Made by a program: the position numbers and the translations under genes | Notes under the pieces: generated by a model | What the model saw: only the letters and a program-made list of their open reading frames with translations | Told to the model about the DNA's origin: nothing | The model's database searches: none | NCBI GenBank assembly: GCA_964493375.1 | Contig: CAZBOM010000002.1 | Coordinates: 1 to 33,046 of the forward strand | Direction of reading: 5' to 3' | From: an uncultured Mageeibacillus sp. | GTDB lineage: Bacteria > Bacillota > Clostridia > Saccharofermentanales > DTU023 | Length of the DNA: 33,046 bases | Part shown: one piece after another, positions 1 to 8,460 of the stretch | Numbering within the stretch: position 1 is the stretch's first letter | How the letters are laid out: each line of letters begins with the position of its first letter

Positions 1-2
1 CC

Positions 3-227
3 GATCCGCGCACATGTAAACGCATCGATTTTGTCGGTGGAATCCGCGGTCTCGGTGAATTGAAACGCCGAGTCGATGAAGGTTGGGCCGTTGCCTTCGC
101 GATGTTCCCGACGACAATGGACGAACTTTTGACTGTCGCCGATGCCGAAATGATTATGCCGCCGAAGTCGACGTGGTTCGAGCCGAAGCTTCGCTCAGGC
201 TTGTTCATACACGATTTGCGAGACTAA
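3..227 (+). CDS. 3' end of an upstream gene (last 74 codons; the 5' end lies outside the window), possibly a DUF1015-family protein
   Basis: Frame 3 is open from the window edge to TAA at 225-227 (my own translation: ...DFVGGIRGLGELKRRVDEGWAVAFAMFPTTMDELLTVADAEMIMPPKSTWFEPKLRSGLFIHDLRD*). The C-terminal 'MPPKSTWFEPKL.SGL' resembles the conserved C-terminus I remember for DUF1015 proteins. This is a memory-based assignment. Confidence 0.4.
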   Translation, partial: DPRTCKRIDFVGGIRGLGELKRRVDEGWAVAFAMFPTTMDELLTVADAEMIMPPKSTWFEPKLRSGLFIHDLRD

Positions 228-256
228 AGGTGGATTATTTTCTGAGTTACTAAGAG

Positions 257-1378
257 ATGACGATGGATCAAAAAATAAATGCCCCCCGTGCCGACGATCG
301 TCTGTCGGCGGGGGGCTTTTTATCTCTCTTTCCGGAAAGTGAACTTGTTGTCGGGCTGGCCCCGATGGCCGGGTTTACAGAAGCGCCTTTCCGAACTATT
401 TGTGCGGAGCAAGGGGCATCGTTCACCGTGACGGAACTCGTCTCGGCTCGCGGCATCCGCTATGATCGCGATTTGAGTCGATGTGGACGCTATCTCAAAC
501 CGACGAAGGGCAAAAAGCCTTGGGGTATTCAGTTATTCGGTTTCGATCCTGCCGATTTCGCGTTTGCGATCGAAAGGTTGTTATCTGATCCGACGTACGA
601 GTCGGCCTCTTTTATCGATCTCAACATGGGGTGTCCCGCTCCGAAGGTTGTCCGCGATGGAGCGGGCGCGGCGCTGATGAAAACACCTGATCTCGTCAGC
701 CGGATTGTTGAGGAATCGGTAAAAACGGCTCAACTATTCGATAAGATGGTGACGGTAAAGATTCGATCGGGGTTTGATGTCGATCAAATCAATGCGCCTG
801 AGATCGCTCGCGTCGCTGAAAGTGCCGGCGCATCAGCCGTGACGGTCCACGCGCGAACGCGAGATCAATATTACAGCGGTGTGGCTGATTGGAGCGTGAT
901 CAAACGTGTGCGAGACGCGATCGCGATACCGGTTCTTGGCAACGGCGATATTGTCACGGCGAAAGATCTCAAGCGTATGAAACTCGAGACAAATTGCGAT
1001 GCCTTTCAAGTCGGTCGAGCCGCGCGCGGCAATCCTTTTCTATTCTCGATGGTCCGTGATATGGATGCCACGGAGTCGCTTTTACAGCCATCTCCTGAAG
1101 AAGACATACTTCGTAAAGTATCGAGCGATGCGTGGTTAGACGTGATGACGCGACATCTTGACGGCATGATATCGCTTCTCGGTGAGCGCACGGCTGTCTT
1201 GGAGATGCGAGCTCATTTTGCCCAATATTTGCGCGGATTTAACGGCGCGAGTCTCTATCGAAGACAGATCATGCAACCGGAAACACGTGCCGGTGTAATC
1301 TCAATTCTAGAAGATTCGGCGATACGAAGAGAAAAGGCACGCGAAAGCCTTACAGAATGCGGAAGACAGTTTTTGTAG
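257..1378 (+). CDS. dus: tRNA-dihydrouridine synthase (Dus family, FMN-dependent)
   Basis: 373-aa ORF with 'GLAPMAGFTEAPFR' near the N-terminus and the catalytic Cys loop 'DLNMGCPAPKV'. 'VTVHARTR' and 'GNGDI' are typical of the Dus TIM barrel. An in-frame TAA at 251-253 limits the start to ATG 257 (or 263). Confidence 0.9.
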   Translation: MTMDQKINAPRADDRLSAGGFLSLFPESELVVGLAPMAGFTEAPFRTICAEQGASFTVTELVSARGIRYDRDLSRCGRYLKPTKGKKPWGIQLFGFDPADFAFAIERLLSDPTYESASFIDLNMGCPAPKVVRDGAGAALMKTPDLVSRIVEESVKTAQLFDKMVTVKIRSGFDVDQINAPEIARVAESAGASAVTVHARTRDQYYSGVADWSVIKRVRDAIAIPVLGNGDIVTAKDLKRMKLETNCDAFQVGRAARGNPFLFSMVRDMDATESLLQPSPEEDILRKVSSDAWLDVMTRHLDGMISLLGERTAVLEMRAHFAQYLRGFNGASLYRRQIMQPETRAGVISILEDSAIRREKARESLTECGRQFL

Positions 1379-1509
1379 GTCCATCTAGATTTGTTATACT
1401 TTGTCTAGCCGTTGATACCATGAAAGGGCGTCGCGAATAAGGAGCCTTGTTCAGAGAACGCTGAACGGTCTGTCGCTTGCCAACAATGCGAGTAGCCAAG
1501 GAGTACTTG

Positions 1510-2442
1510 ATGGAGAAAAAAACTGACTATTATTCATCAGCGGACGGTAAGACCGATATCTATTTATCGATCTGGGAGCCTGAAGATGAACCGGTTGCCC
1601 TTTTGCAAATCGCTCACGGAATGGTGGAGTTCATTGATCGGTACGATCGATTCGCCAAAGTGTTGGCGGCTCAAGGCATTCTCGTCGTGGGAAATGACCA
1701 TCTCGGACACGGATATTCTGTGAAGAGCAAAGAGGATTGGGGTTTTTTCGCTGACAGTAAAGGTAATCGATGTGTGCTCGAAGATATGCGCTCTTTATAC
1801 AACATGTTAAAGAATCGCTATCCCGATACGCCTCAATTCATTTTTGGGCATTCGATGGGATCTTTTCTCGTAAGGCAATACCTCCATGTCTATCCTGAGG
1901 ATCAGTTTGACGGTGTCATCTTGACGGGGATTGGCACACCGCCGAGAGCCCTCATCGCGACGGCTTTACGCCTGGCGAAAATACTGAAGCGCGTCCAAGG
2001 GAAGCGCCACCCGAGCCGCTTGTTGACGAACATGACGCTCGGGAGTAACAATCGCTATTTTGCGCCGAATCGTACACCTTGTGATTGGCTGACGCGCAAC
2101 GAAAAGATTGTCGACGCATATGTCGCCGATGAGCGCAACCGATTCCGTTTTACAACGAGCGCTTTTGTCGATATGCTCACCGGTTTTCATTCGCTATATA
2201 GCAAGAAAAATCTTGCGTTGATGGACAAAACGACACCGATCCTTATTGCCAGCGGAGATCAAGATCCTGTCGGTGATATGGGGAAAGCGGCCCCTAAACT
2301 GCAAGAGCAATTTCAAGAGCTTGGCTTTGGCGACATCTCGATGAAACTTTACGAGGGCGCCCGTCATGAACTTGTGAACGAGATTAACTATGAAGAGATC
2401 GATCGAGATATCGCGGAGTTTATTTTGTCGCGTGTCGTGTGA
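1510..2442 (+). CDS. alpha/beta-fold serine hydrolase (lysophospholipase / monoacylglycerol-lipase-like)
   Basis: The ORF is open from TTG 1477, but AAGGAG at 1498-1503 lies 6 nt before ATG 1510, so 1510 is the preferred start. It has the nucleophile elbow 'GHSMGS', 'IAHGMVE' in the oxyanion region, the acid 'SGDQDPV' and the His 'GARHEL'. Confidence 0.8.
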   Translation: MEKKTDYYSSADGKTDIYLSIWEPEDEPVALLQIAHGMVEFIDRYDRFAKVLAAQGILVVGNDHLGHGYSVKSKEDWGFFADSKGNRCVLEDMRSLYNMLKNRYPDTPQFIFGHSMGSFLVRQYLHVYPEDQFDGVILTGIGTPPRALIATALRLAKILKRVQGKRHPSRLLTNMTLGSNNRYFAPNRTPCDWLTRNEKIVDAYVADERNRFRFTTSAFVDMLTGFHSLYSKKNLALMDKTTPILIASGDQDPVGDMGKAAPKLQEQFQELGFGDISMKLYEGARHELVNEINYEEIDRDIAEFILSRVV

Positions 2443-2583
2443 CGTGACATGAACGGCTAGACCATTCGAAGATGATCGAGTGATGAGATAATGATCTTGG
2501 CGTAAACCATGCGACAAGATAGAAATAAAAGGCTAAACAAAAATGAACACATCTACTGAAAGCACATGACGAGGGGGATGAAC

Positions 2584-3963
2584 ATGGCTAAATATTTACC
2601 GGAACCGTACAGGATTAAAATGGTCGAGCCGCTGAGAGCGACGACAAGAGAAGAGCGCTGCGCCGCCATTCGTGACGCGCATTATAATTTGTTCGGTTTG
2701 AAAAGTGATTATGTGTACATCGATATGCTGACGGACAGCGGTACAGGCGCGATGAGCGATCGACAATGGGCTGCCGTCATGATGGGCGATGAGAGCTATG
2801 CGGGATCGCGGAGCTATTACCGATTGATGGAAACGTGCGATGAGCTCTTTGGTTGGCGATACTGTCAACCGGTCCACCAAGGACGCGCGGCCGAGCATGT
2901 TCTTTTTCCCAATATTTTAAAAGCAGGGCAAGTCTCAATTTCTAATATGCACTTTGACACGACGATGGGGCATGTCGCGCTCGTCGGCGCTAAAGCGATC
3001 AACTGTGTTGTTCCGGAAGCAAAGGACACCTCGACGTATTACCCATTCAAAGGGAATATGGACACGGCGCGTCTCGTCGAACTGATCGAATCTTACGGGC
3101 GCGACAAAGTCGGCATGATCGTCATGACGGTGACATGTAATTCAGCCGGTGGGCAACCCGTTTCACTCGCGAACATCAGAGAGACGGCCGCCATCGCGCG
3201 ACGTTATGACATCCCATATATCATCGATGCCGCGCGCTTTGCAGAAAACGCCTTTTTCATCAAAGAGCGCGAAGATGGACAAGCCGATCGGTCGATCGCG
3301 GAGATCGTCCGCGATATGTTCGCCGAAGCCGACGCGTTTACGATGTCAGCCAAAAAAGATGGTCTCGTCAATATGGGCGGTCTAGTCGGCGTCCGCGAAG
3401 ATGAAGAATTGATCAGAAAGATCAAGAGCCTCGTCGTTCCTTACGAAGGCTTCATCTCATACGGCGGTTTGGCCGGTCGCGATTTGGAAGCGTTGGCAAT
3501 TGGACTGAAAGAGGGAATCGATGAAGAATTCTTGCGCTCTTATGTGGGGCAGACAAATTATTTGGCAGAGCGTTTGACAGAACTCGGCGTTCCTTGTCAG
3601 CTGCCCGCCGGTGGCCACGCCGTCTTTGTCGACGCGAGGAAGATCTTGCCGCATGTCCTGTATGATCGCTTCCCGGCGCATTCGCTGTGTGTTGAATTGT
3701 ATCGCGAAGCGGGCATCCGCGGGTGTGATGTCGGCTCGTTCATTCTCGATCCCGACCCTGTCACCGGTGAGCAACCGGAAGCCGACATGGAATTTTCCAG
3801 ATTCTGTATCCCGAGACGGACTTACACGCAAGCGCATCTCGATTACATCGCTGAATCGCTTCAAAAGGTCATGGAGTCCGCCGACCATATCAAGGGATTC
3901 CGCGTCGTGAGACAAGAAAAAGTCTTGCGCCACTTTACAGCCGCGCTCGAACCATATATTTAA
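2584..3963 (+). CDS. tnaA: tryptophanase (PLP-dependent beta-eliminating lyase, TnaA type)
   Basis: It aligns end to end with E. coli TnaA and C. freundii TPL as I remember them: 'LPEPYRIKMVEP', 'DMLTDSGTGAMS', 'GDESYAGSRSYY', 'CNSAGGQPVSLANI', 'DAARFAENAFFIKERE', and the PLP-Lys motif 'SAKKDGLVNMGG'. Discriminating positions look TnaA-like rather than TPL-like: 'HFDTT' has Asp (not Thr) and 'VLRHFTA' has His (not Phe). GAGGGGGA lies about 7 nt before ATG 2584, so that start is preferred over 2566. Confidence 0.85.
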   Translation: MAKYLPEPYRIKMVEPLRATTREERCAAIRDAHYNLFGLKSDYVYIDMLTDSGTGAMSDRQWAAVMMGDESYAGSRSYYRLMETCDELFGWRYCQPVHQGRAAEHVLFPNILKAGQVSISNMHFDTTMGHVALVGAKAINCVVPEAKDTSTYYPFKGNMDTARLVELIESYGRDKVGMIVMTVTCNSAGGQPVSLANIRETAAIARRYDIPYIIDAARFAENAFFIKEREDGQADRSIAEIVRDMFAEADAFTMSAKKDGLVNMGGLVGVREDEELIRKIKSLVVPYEGFISYGGLAGRDLEALAIGLKEGIDEEFLRSYVGQTNYLAERLTELGVPCQLPAGGHAVFVDARKILPHVLYDRFPAHSLCVELYREAGIRGCDVGSFILDPDPVTGEQPEADMEFSRFCIPRRTYTQAHLDYIAESLQKVMESADHIKGFRVVRQEKVLRHFTAALEPYI

Positions 3964-4018
3964 GACGCGTATGTATGCGTTATAATAGCGAAAAGCAACT
4001 TCTCAAAGGGGGAACTAT

Positions 4019-6097
4019 ATGAAATTTACAACAGACAAAATTAGGAACATCACCGTGATGGGTCACGGCGGCGTCGGCAAAACAGCTTTTGTCGAAGCCG
4101 CGCTTTACAACGCAGGTGTGATAGATCGCATGGGACGCTCGAATGAAGGAAACACCGTCACAGACTTTGACGCGGAAGAAATGCGTCGCGGCCTGTCGAT
4201 CAGTACTTCAGTCGCGTGGTGCGAATGGAAAAAACACAAGATCAACTTTATCGATACACCCGGTGATTTCGATTTTCTTGGCGAACAGATTCTCGGCATG
4301 TTTGCAGGTGATACGGCGTTAATCGTGATGTCCGCGAAAGACGGTTTATCTGTCGGCGCGGAAAAAGCCGTGCGCAATGCCGGAGGAGAGAATATCCCCG
4401 TCGCGTTCTTTATCAACCGAATGGATGAGCCGAACGCAAACTTTGAGAAGACAGTACAGGAATTGCGCGATGCGTATGGCGCGCGCGTGCTCCCGCTCTC
4501 GATACCGATTTTGGACGGCGAGAAAATGACTGGTCTCGTCGATATCCTGAGCGCAAAAGCGTATTCATTCGCCGGAAAAAAAGGCGAACTAAAAGCGATC
4601 GATTTGCCGGCTGATCTGGCAGATCAAGTTGAAGAATACGCCGAGACGCTCAAAGAGCAAATGGCGGAAAACGACGAGCAGCTGATGGAAAAGTACTTCG
4701 AAGGCGAACCATTCACGCCTGAAGAAGAAGCCTTCGGCATGCGCAAAGCGATCGCCACGGGTTCAATCATGCCGGTCTTCGTCGGCTCGGCGCAAGAGAA
4801 CTTAGGCGTCTCATTCGCGCTCGATTTGATCGCGAAATTTTTCCCGACGCCGACAGACGGTCACCCCGTGACGGCGATCAAAAAAGACGGCGAGAAGATT
4901 CAGCTTCATTCTGAAACAGACGGTCCTCTCGCGGCATTTGTTTTCAAGACATTCGTGGACCCCTTTGTGGGTCGTATCTCCCTATTCCGTGTCTTTTCCG
5001 GCACATTCAAGGACGAGGGAACCGTTTATAACACGAACCAAGAAAAAGAAGAGAGACTGATCGGTCTCAATTACCAAAACGGCAATAAGCAGACGTCGAC
5101 AGAAGAGATCGTCGCCGGCGACATCGGGTCGATCGCAAAATTGTCCGACACACTGACACTCAACACCTTGTCGACAAAGGCGAATCCGCTCAAGGTCGTC
5201 GCGCCTGAACTGCCCGTTCCTTGCTTGACACTTGCGATATCGCCTGTCAACAAAGGCGAGGAAGAAAAAATCATGCAAGGTCTTATCCGCATGAAAGATG
5301 AAGATGTCACGTTTGAGATCGTCAACGATCCGGAGACGAAGCAATTCCGTCTCTCCGGTCTCGGTGAAGTTCAGCTCGATGTCATCAGCACACGCTTGAA
5401 GTCGAAATTCGGCGTCGAGGCGAAATTGAGCGAACCGCGTATTGCGTACAGAGAGACAATCCGCAAACAAGTCAAGGTTCAAGGAAGACATAAGAAACAG
5501 ACGGGCGGGCACGGTCAGTTCGGTGATGTGTGGGTTGTCTTTGAACCGGGTTCAGGCGAAGTGGAAGGACTCGAATTCGCGGAAGAAATCTTCGGCGGCT
5601 CTGTCCCGAAAAACTACTTCCCCGCCGTTGAAAAAGGATTGCAAGAAGCGATCGAAGAAGGCGTCCTCGCCGGTTACCCCGTGGTCAACTTGAAGGCGAC
5701 ACTCGTGGACGGATCGTACCACGCCGTCGACTCGAACGAACTCTCCTTCAAACTCGCCGCGCGTTTGGCTTATCGCGCCGGTCTGCCGCAGGCTGATCCG
5801 GTGCTTCTCGAGCCTATCGATAAATTGATGGTGCACATCCCCGATGATTTCCTCGGCGATATTATGGGCGATCTCAACAAACGTCGCGGTCGCATCATGG
5901 GGATTCACCCCGACGCCATTCAAGGATTCCAGATCGTCGAAGCTGAAGCGCCACGCGCAGAAATCGCGAAGTATGCGACCGACTTAAAATCGATGACGCA
6001 AGGCCGCGGATGGTTCACGCTTGAGTTTGTTCGCTACGAGCAAGTTCCACAGAATATTTCAGAGCGTATTATCGCCGCCGCGCAAAGCGAAGAATAG
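4019..6097 (+). CDS. elongation factor G paralog (EF-G2-like translational GTPase with non-canonical G motifs)
   Basis: 692 aa with a five-domain EF-G layout. Motifs: G1 'GHGGVGKT', G3 'DTPGDFDF', G4 'NRMD', G5 'GSAQENLGV', domain IV 'KKQTGGHGQFGDV' and 'GSYHAVDSNELSFKLAA', domain V 'PVLLEPI'. RBS AAAGGGGGA precedes ATG 4019. Confidence 0.85.
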   Translation: MKFTTDKIRNITVMGHGGVGKTAFVEAALYNAGVIDRMGRSNEGNTVTDFDAEEMRRGLSISTSVAWCEWKKHKINFIDTPGDFDFLGEQILGMFAGDTALIVMSAKDGLSVGAEKAVRNAGGENIPVAFFINRMDEPNANFEKTVQELRDAYGARVLPLSIPILDGEKMTGLVDILSAKAYSFAGKKGELKAIDLPADLADQVEEYAETLKEQMAENDEQLMEKYFEGEPFTPEEEAFGMRKAIATGSIMPVFVGSAQENLGVSFALDLIAKFFPTPTDGHPVTAIKKDGEKIQLHSETDGPLAAFVFKTFVDPFVGRISLFRVFSGTFKDEGTVYNTNQEKEERLIGLNYQNGNKQTSTEEIVAGDIGSIAKLSDTLTLNTLSTKANPLKVVAPELPVPCLTLAISPVNKGEEEKIMQGLIRMKDEDVTFEIVNDPETKQFRLSGLGEVQLDVISTRLKSKFGVEAKLSEPRIAYRETIRKQVKVQGRHKKQTGGHGQFGDVWVVFEPGSGEVEGLEFAEEIFGGSVPKNYFPAVEKGLQEAIEEGVLAGYPVVNLKATLVDGSYHAVDSNELSFKLAARLAYRAGLPQADPVLLEPIDKLMVHIPDDFLGDIMGDLNKRRGRIMGIHPDAIQGFQIVEAEAPRAEIAKYATDLKSMTQGRGWFTLEFVRYEQVPQNISERIIAAAQSEE

Positions 6098-6103
6098 TTG
6101 AAT

Positions 6104-7465
6104 ATGAGCGTCACATTACTTGAGATTGTGATCCGACGATCGTGTCTCGCGAACCTTTTTCCATGGGGTTCGATTGTTGTGACGCTCCTTATTCTTGTCG
6201 TTTTTGGTTTTATCACTGCCTTCATTAAAGCGACACGCGTGATCAATATGGATCAACTTAGATCGCGCGCGGAGGCAGGTAGCTCGCAATCGAAATCGCT
6301 CATGCGCCGGCTCGAATCTCACGAAAAACTTTACCGTGAGCTGACAACCGCGTCGGCGCTCTCAGCGGCCGCTTATTTTATATGGGGAGCGACGCGCTCT
6401 ATTCCCTCGCTCGTTTCACTTTTTGCCGACTCGGCTGTTGCGCGAGGATGGATTTACGCGGCCATCATTTTATTGCACCTTTTATTTTTCTTGATCGTTG
6501 GAAAGAGTGTGCCGGAGCGCGCGGCCGGTAGAAAAGGTGGCGTGTTCGCGAGACGGTATTGGTACTTGATGGCACCTTTGTTGCTTCTCGTTCGACCTAT
6601 CGAGCGACTTGTCTACTATGTCGCTTCCGCGATTCTCCGTTTATTCCGAATTAAAGAAGTGGAGGCGGTGGCATTAGCGCCGACGGTAGAAGAATTCTTG
6701 CAGATGTTGGAGGACGGGCGCGATCGCGGTGCCATCGTCGACGATAATATCGAGTTATTCGCGAATCTCTTTGATTTCGATGACAAAATCGCATCCGATG
6801 TCATGACGCATCGAACGGAGATTGAAGCGTTGCCGGTCGATGCCGATTATGAGACGACCTTGTCCTTTGTCCAGAGCACGAAATACACGCGCTTTCCGAT
6901 CTACGAGGGTTCCGTCGACAATATCATCGGTGTGTTACACGTCAAAGATCTCTTGTTCATCGATCGCGACGATTTTGCTTTGGCGACGATTATGCGCCAA
7001 GCATGGTTTACTCCTGAATCGCGTATCATCAGCGACCTGTTCCACGACATGCAGCAGAATCACATCCAGATGGCGATAGTGATCGATGAATACGGTGGAA
7101 CGGCCGGACTCATCACCATCGAAGATCTCGTCGAGCAGATCGTCGGCAACATCGAAGATGAGTACGATGAAGTCGAGCAAGAGATTATAGAAATCGCTCC
7201 CAATGTCTGGCTTGTCGCAGGTTCTTTTACGCTCGATAAATTGTCACGCGTGACGGGTGTCGCGTTTGAAGATGACGATTATGACTCAGTCGCAGGTTTT
7301 GTGATCGAGTTGCTCGATCGGATCCCTGAAGAGCAGGAGCGCCCCTCTGTGCGCTATGGAGAACTTGTGTTTCACGTTTTAGCGATATCCGATAATCGCA
7401 TTGAGCGTGTTCGCGTCACGCGCGAACAGCCGCTCGAAGCGGGTGACGCCGAGGACAACGGATGA
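6104..7465 (+). CDS. CNNM/CorC-type membrane protein (DUF21 TM domain + CBS pair + CorC_HlyC), annotated elsewhere as hemolysin-family or Mg2+/Co2+ efflux-like
   Basis: The N-terminal about 190 aa has several hydrophobic helices. A CBS pair follows ('IASDVMTHRTEIEAL', 'MAIVIDEYGGTAGLITIEDLVEQIVGNIEDEYD'), then the C-terminal transporter-associated domain ('VAGFVIELLDRIPEE...GELVFHVL'). The start is ATG 6104 or TTG 6098, 1-7 nt after the EF-G paralog stop. Confidence 0.85.
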   Translation: MSVTLLEIVIRRSCLANLFPWGSIVVTLLILVVFGFITAFIKATRVINMDQLRSRAEAGSSQSKSLMRRLESHEKLYRELTTASALSAAAYFIWGATRSIPSLVSLFADSAVARGWIYAAIILLHLLFFLIVGKSVPERAAGRKGGVFARRYWYLMAPLLLLVRPIERLVYYVASAILRLFRIKEVEAVALAPTVEEFLQMLEDGRDRGAIVDDNIELFANLFDFDDKIASDVMTHRTEIEALPVDADYETTLSFVQSTKYTRFPIYEGSVDNIIGVLHVKDLLFIDRDDFALATIMRQAWFTPESRIISDLFHDMQQNHIQMAIVIDEYGGTAGLITIEDLVEQIVGNIEDEYDEVEQEIIEIAPNVWLVAGSFTLDKLSRVTGVAFEDDDYDSVAGFVIELLDRIPEEQERPSVRYGELVFHVLAISDNRIERVRVTREQPLEAGDAEDNG

Positions 7466-8163
7466 GAAATTCCAAAGACTTGATCACTGATAAAGATGAC
7501 AGAATGTTTCCTGTTCGCGCCGTCTTTTTCGATCTCGATGGCACGCTTTTTAATACGATTCCGCTGATTGTGGCATCCCACCAATTCACATTTGAGAAAG
7601 TACTCGGATGGGTTCCTTCCGAAGAGGCGATTCTTGCGACGATCGGCGAACCGCTCGTGACAACGTTTGCGCGCTATGGCGAGGAGAAACGCGATGAAAT
7701 GCTCAAAGTGTATGTCGATTGGAGTGTTCCTAAAACATTGACGCACGTCGGTGTGTTTCTTGATGTCGTGCCGATGATCGAGCAACTGCGCGAAAGAGGA
7801 TTTCAGACTGGCGTTGTGACGTCAAGGCGAAGAGAGGGAATGTTCGCCTGTCTCAAAGCGTTTGAGATGTTGAATTTATTCGATGTTCTCGTAAGTGTTG
7901 ATGATACAGAAGAACATAAACCGAAACCGGCTCCGCTCTTTTTTGCCATGGATCGACTCTCAATCGAAGATCCGAAGCAAGTTCTCTATGTCGGCGACGC
8001 GATTCACGATCTCGAATGTTCTAAGAACGCCGGCGCACATTTTGCCGCGGTCAGTTGGACGGCGATGGATAAAGATGTGATTCAACGGGGAAGTCCCGAT
8101 TTTTGGCTTGATGACGCTTTTGATCTTCTAGAGAAAATCACGCTGATTGACCATGACTCGTGA
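7462..8163 (+). CDS. HAD-superfamily phosphatase (PpaX / phosphoglycolate-phosphatase-like)
   Basis: HAD motif I is 'FFDLDGTLFNT', motif II 'GVVTS', and motifs III/IV 'HKPKP...YVGDAIHDLECSKNAG'. ATG 7462 overlaps the upstream stop (ATGA) with GAGGA about 6 nt upstream, indicating translational coupling. Confidence 0.8.
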   Translation: MRNSKDLITDKDDRMFPVRAVFFDLDGTLFNTIPLIVASHQFTFEKVLGWVPSEEAILATIGEPLVTTFARYGEEKRDEMLKVYVDWSVPKTLTHVGVFLDVVPMIEQLRERGFQTGVVTSRRREGMFACLKAFEMLNLFDVLVSVDDTEEHKPKPAPLFFAMDRLSIEDPKQVLYVGDAIHDLECSKNAGAHFAAVSWTAMDKDVIQRGSPDFWLDDAFDLLEKITLIDHDS

Positions 8164-8412
8164 AGTCAAAAACAAAGTCTTATAGTTCATTCAAGGAAAG
8201 AATTATCTGCTGTTTTTGGCACTCCGCGCCGATAAGTAGACGTTTGCATCGTATTTGCTTGTTCACCAAGATGCCAAAAAAATGTCACTTGTTTACCACA
8301 GCCAGTCGTTTGTGCTAAACTTTGTTGCACGTAAGGCAGAAGCTGTTCTCTTGGTACGCACCTTCATTATAGAAAAGGTGCGACTTATTGTTAAGAAATA
8401 TTTTGAGACAGC

Positions 8413-8444
8413 ATGAGGCGATTGCAGAGGCCTCATTTTGTTTG
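8413..8444 (+). promoter_or_regulatory. terminator-like hairpin plus T-tract immediately upstream of the PPIase RBS (candidate attenuator or leader element)
   Basis: ATGAGGC (8413-8419) pairs with GCCTCAT (8430-8436), giving a 7-bp stem and 10-nt loop, followed by TTTTGTTTG. The RBS GGGGGAAAGGA and ATG 8461 follow directly. A second hairpin, CGCACCTT/AAGGTGCG, lies at about 8357-8382. Confidence 0.3.
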
Positions 8445-8460
8445 CGGGGGAAAGGAACAT

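Noticed and set aside
2509-2559. 16-codon mini-ORF (MRQDRNKRLNKNEHIY) upstream of tnaA, considered as a TnaC-like leader peptide
   Set aside because: It has no Trp codon, which is essential for TnaC-type sensing, no Shine-Dalgarno, and no downstream Rho-utilisation-like features that I can see.
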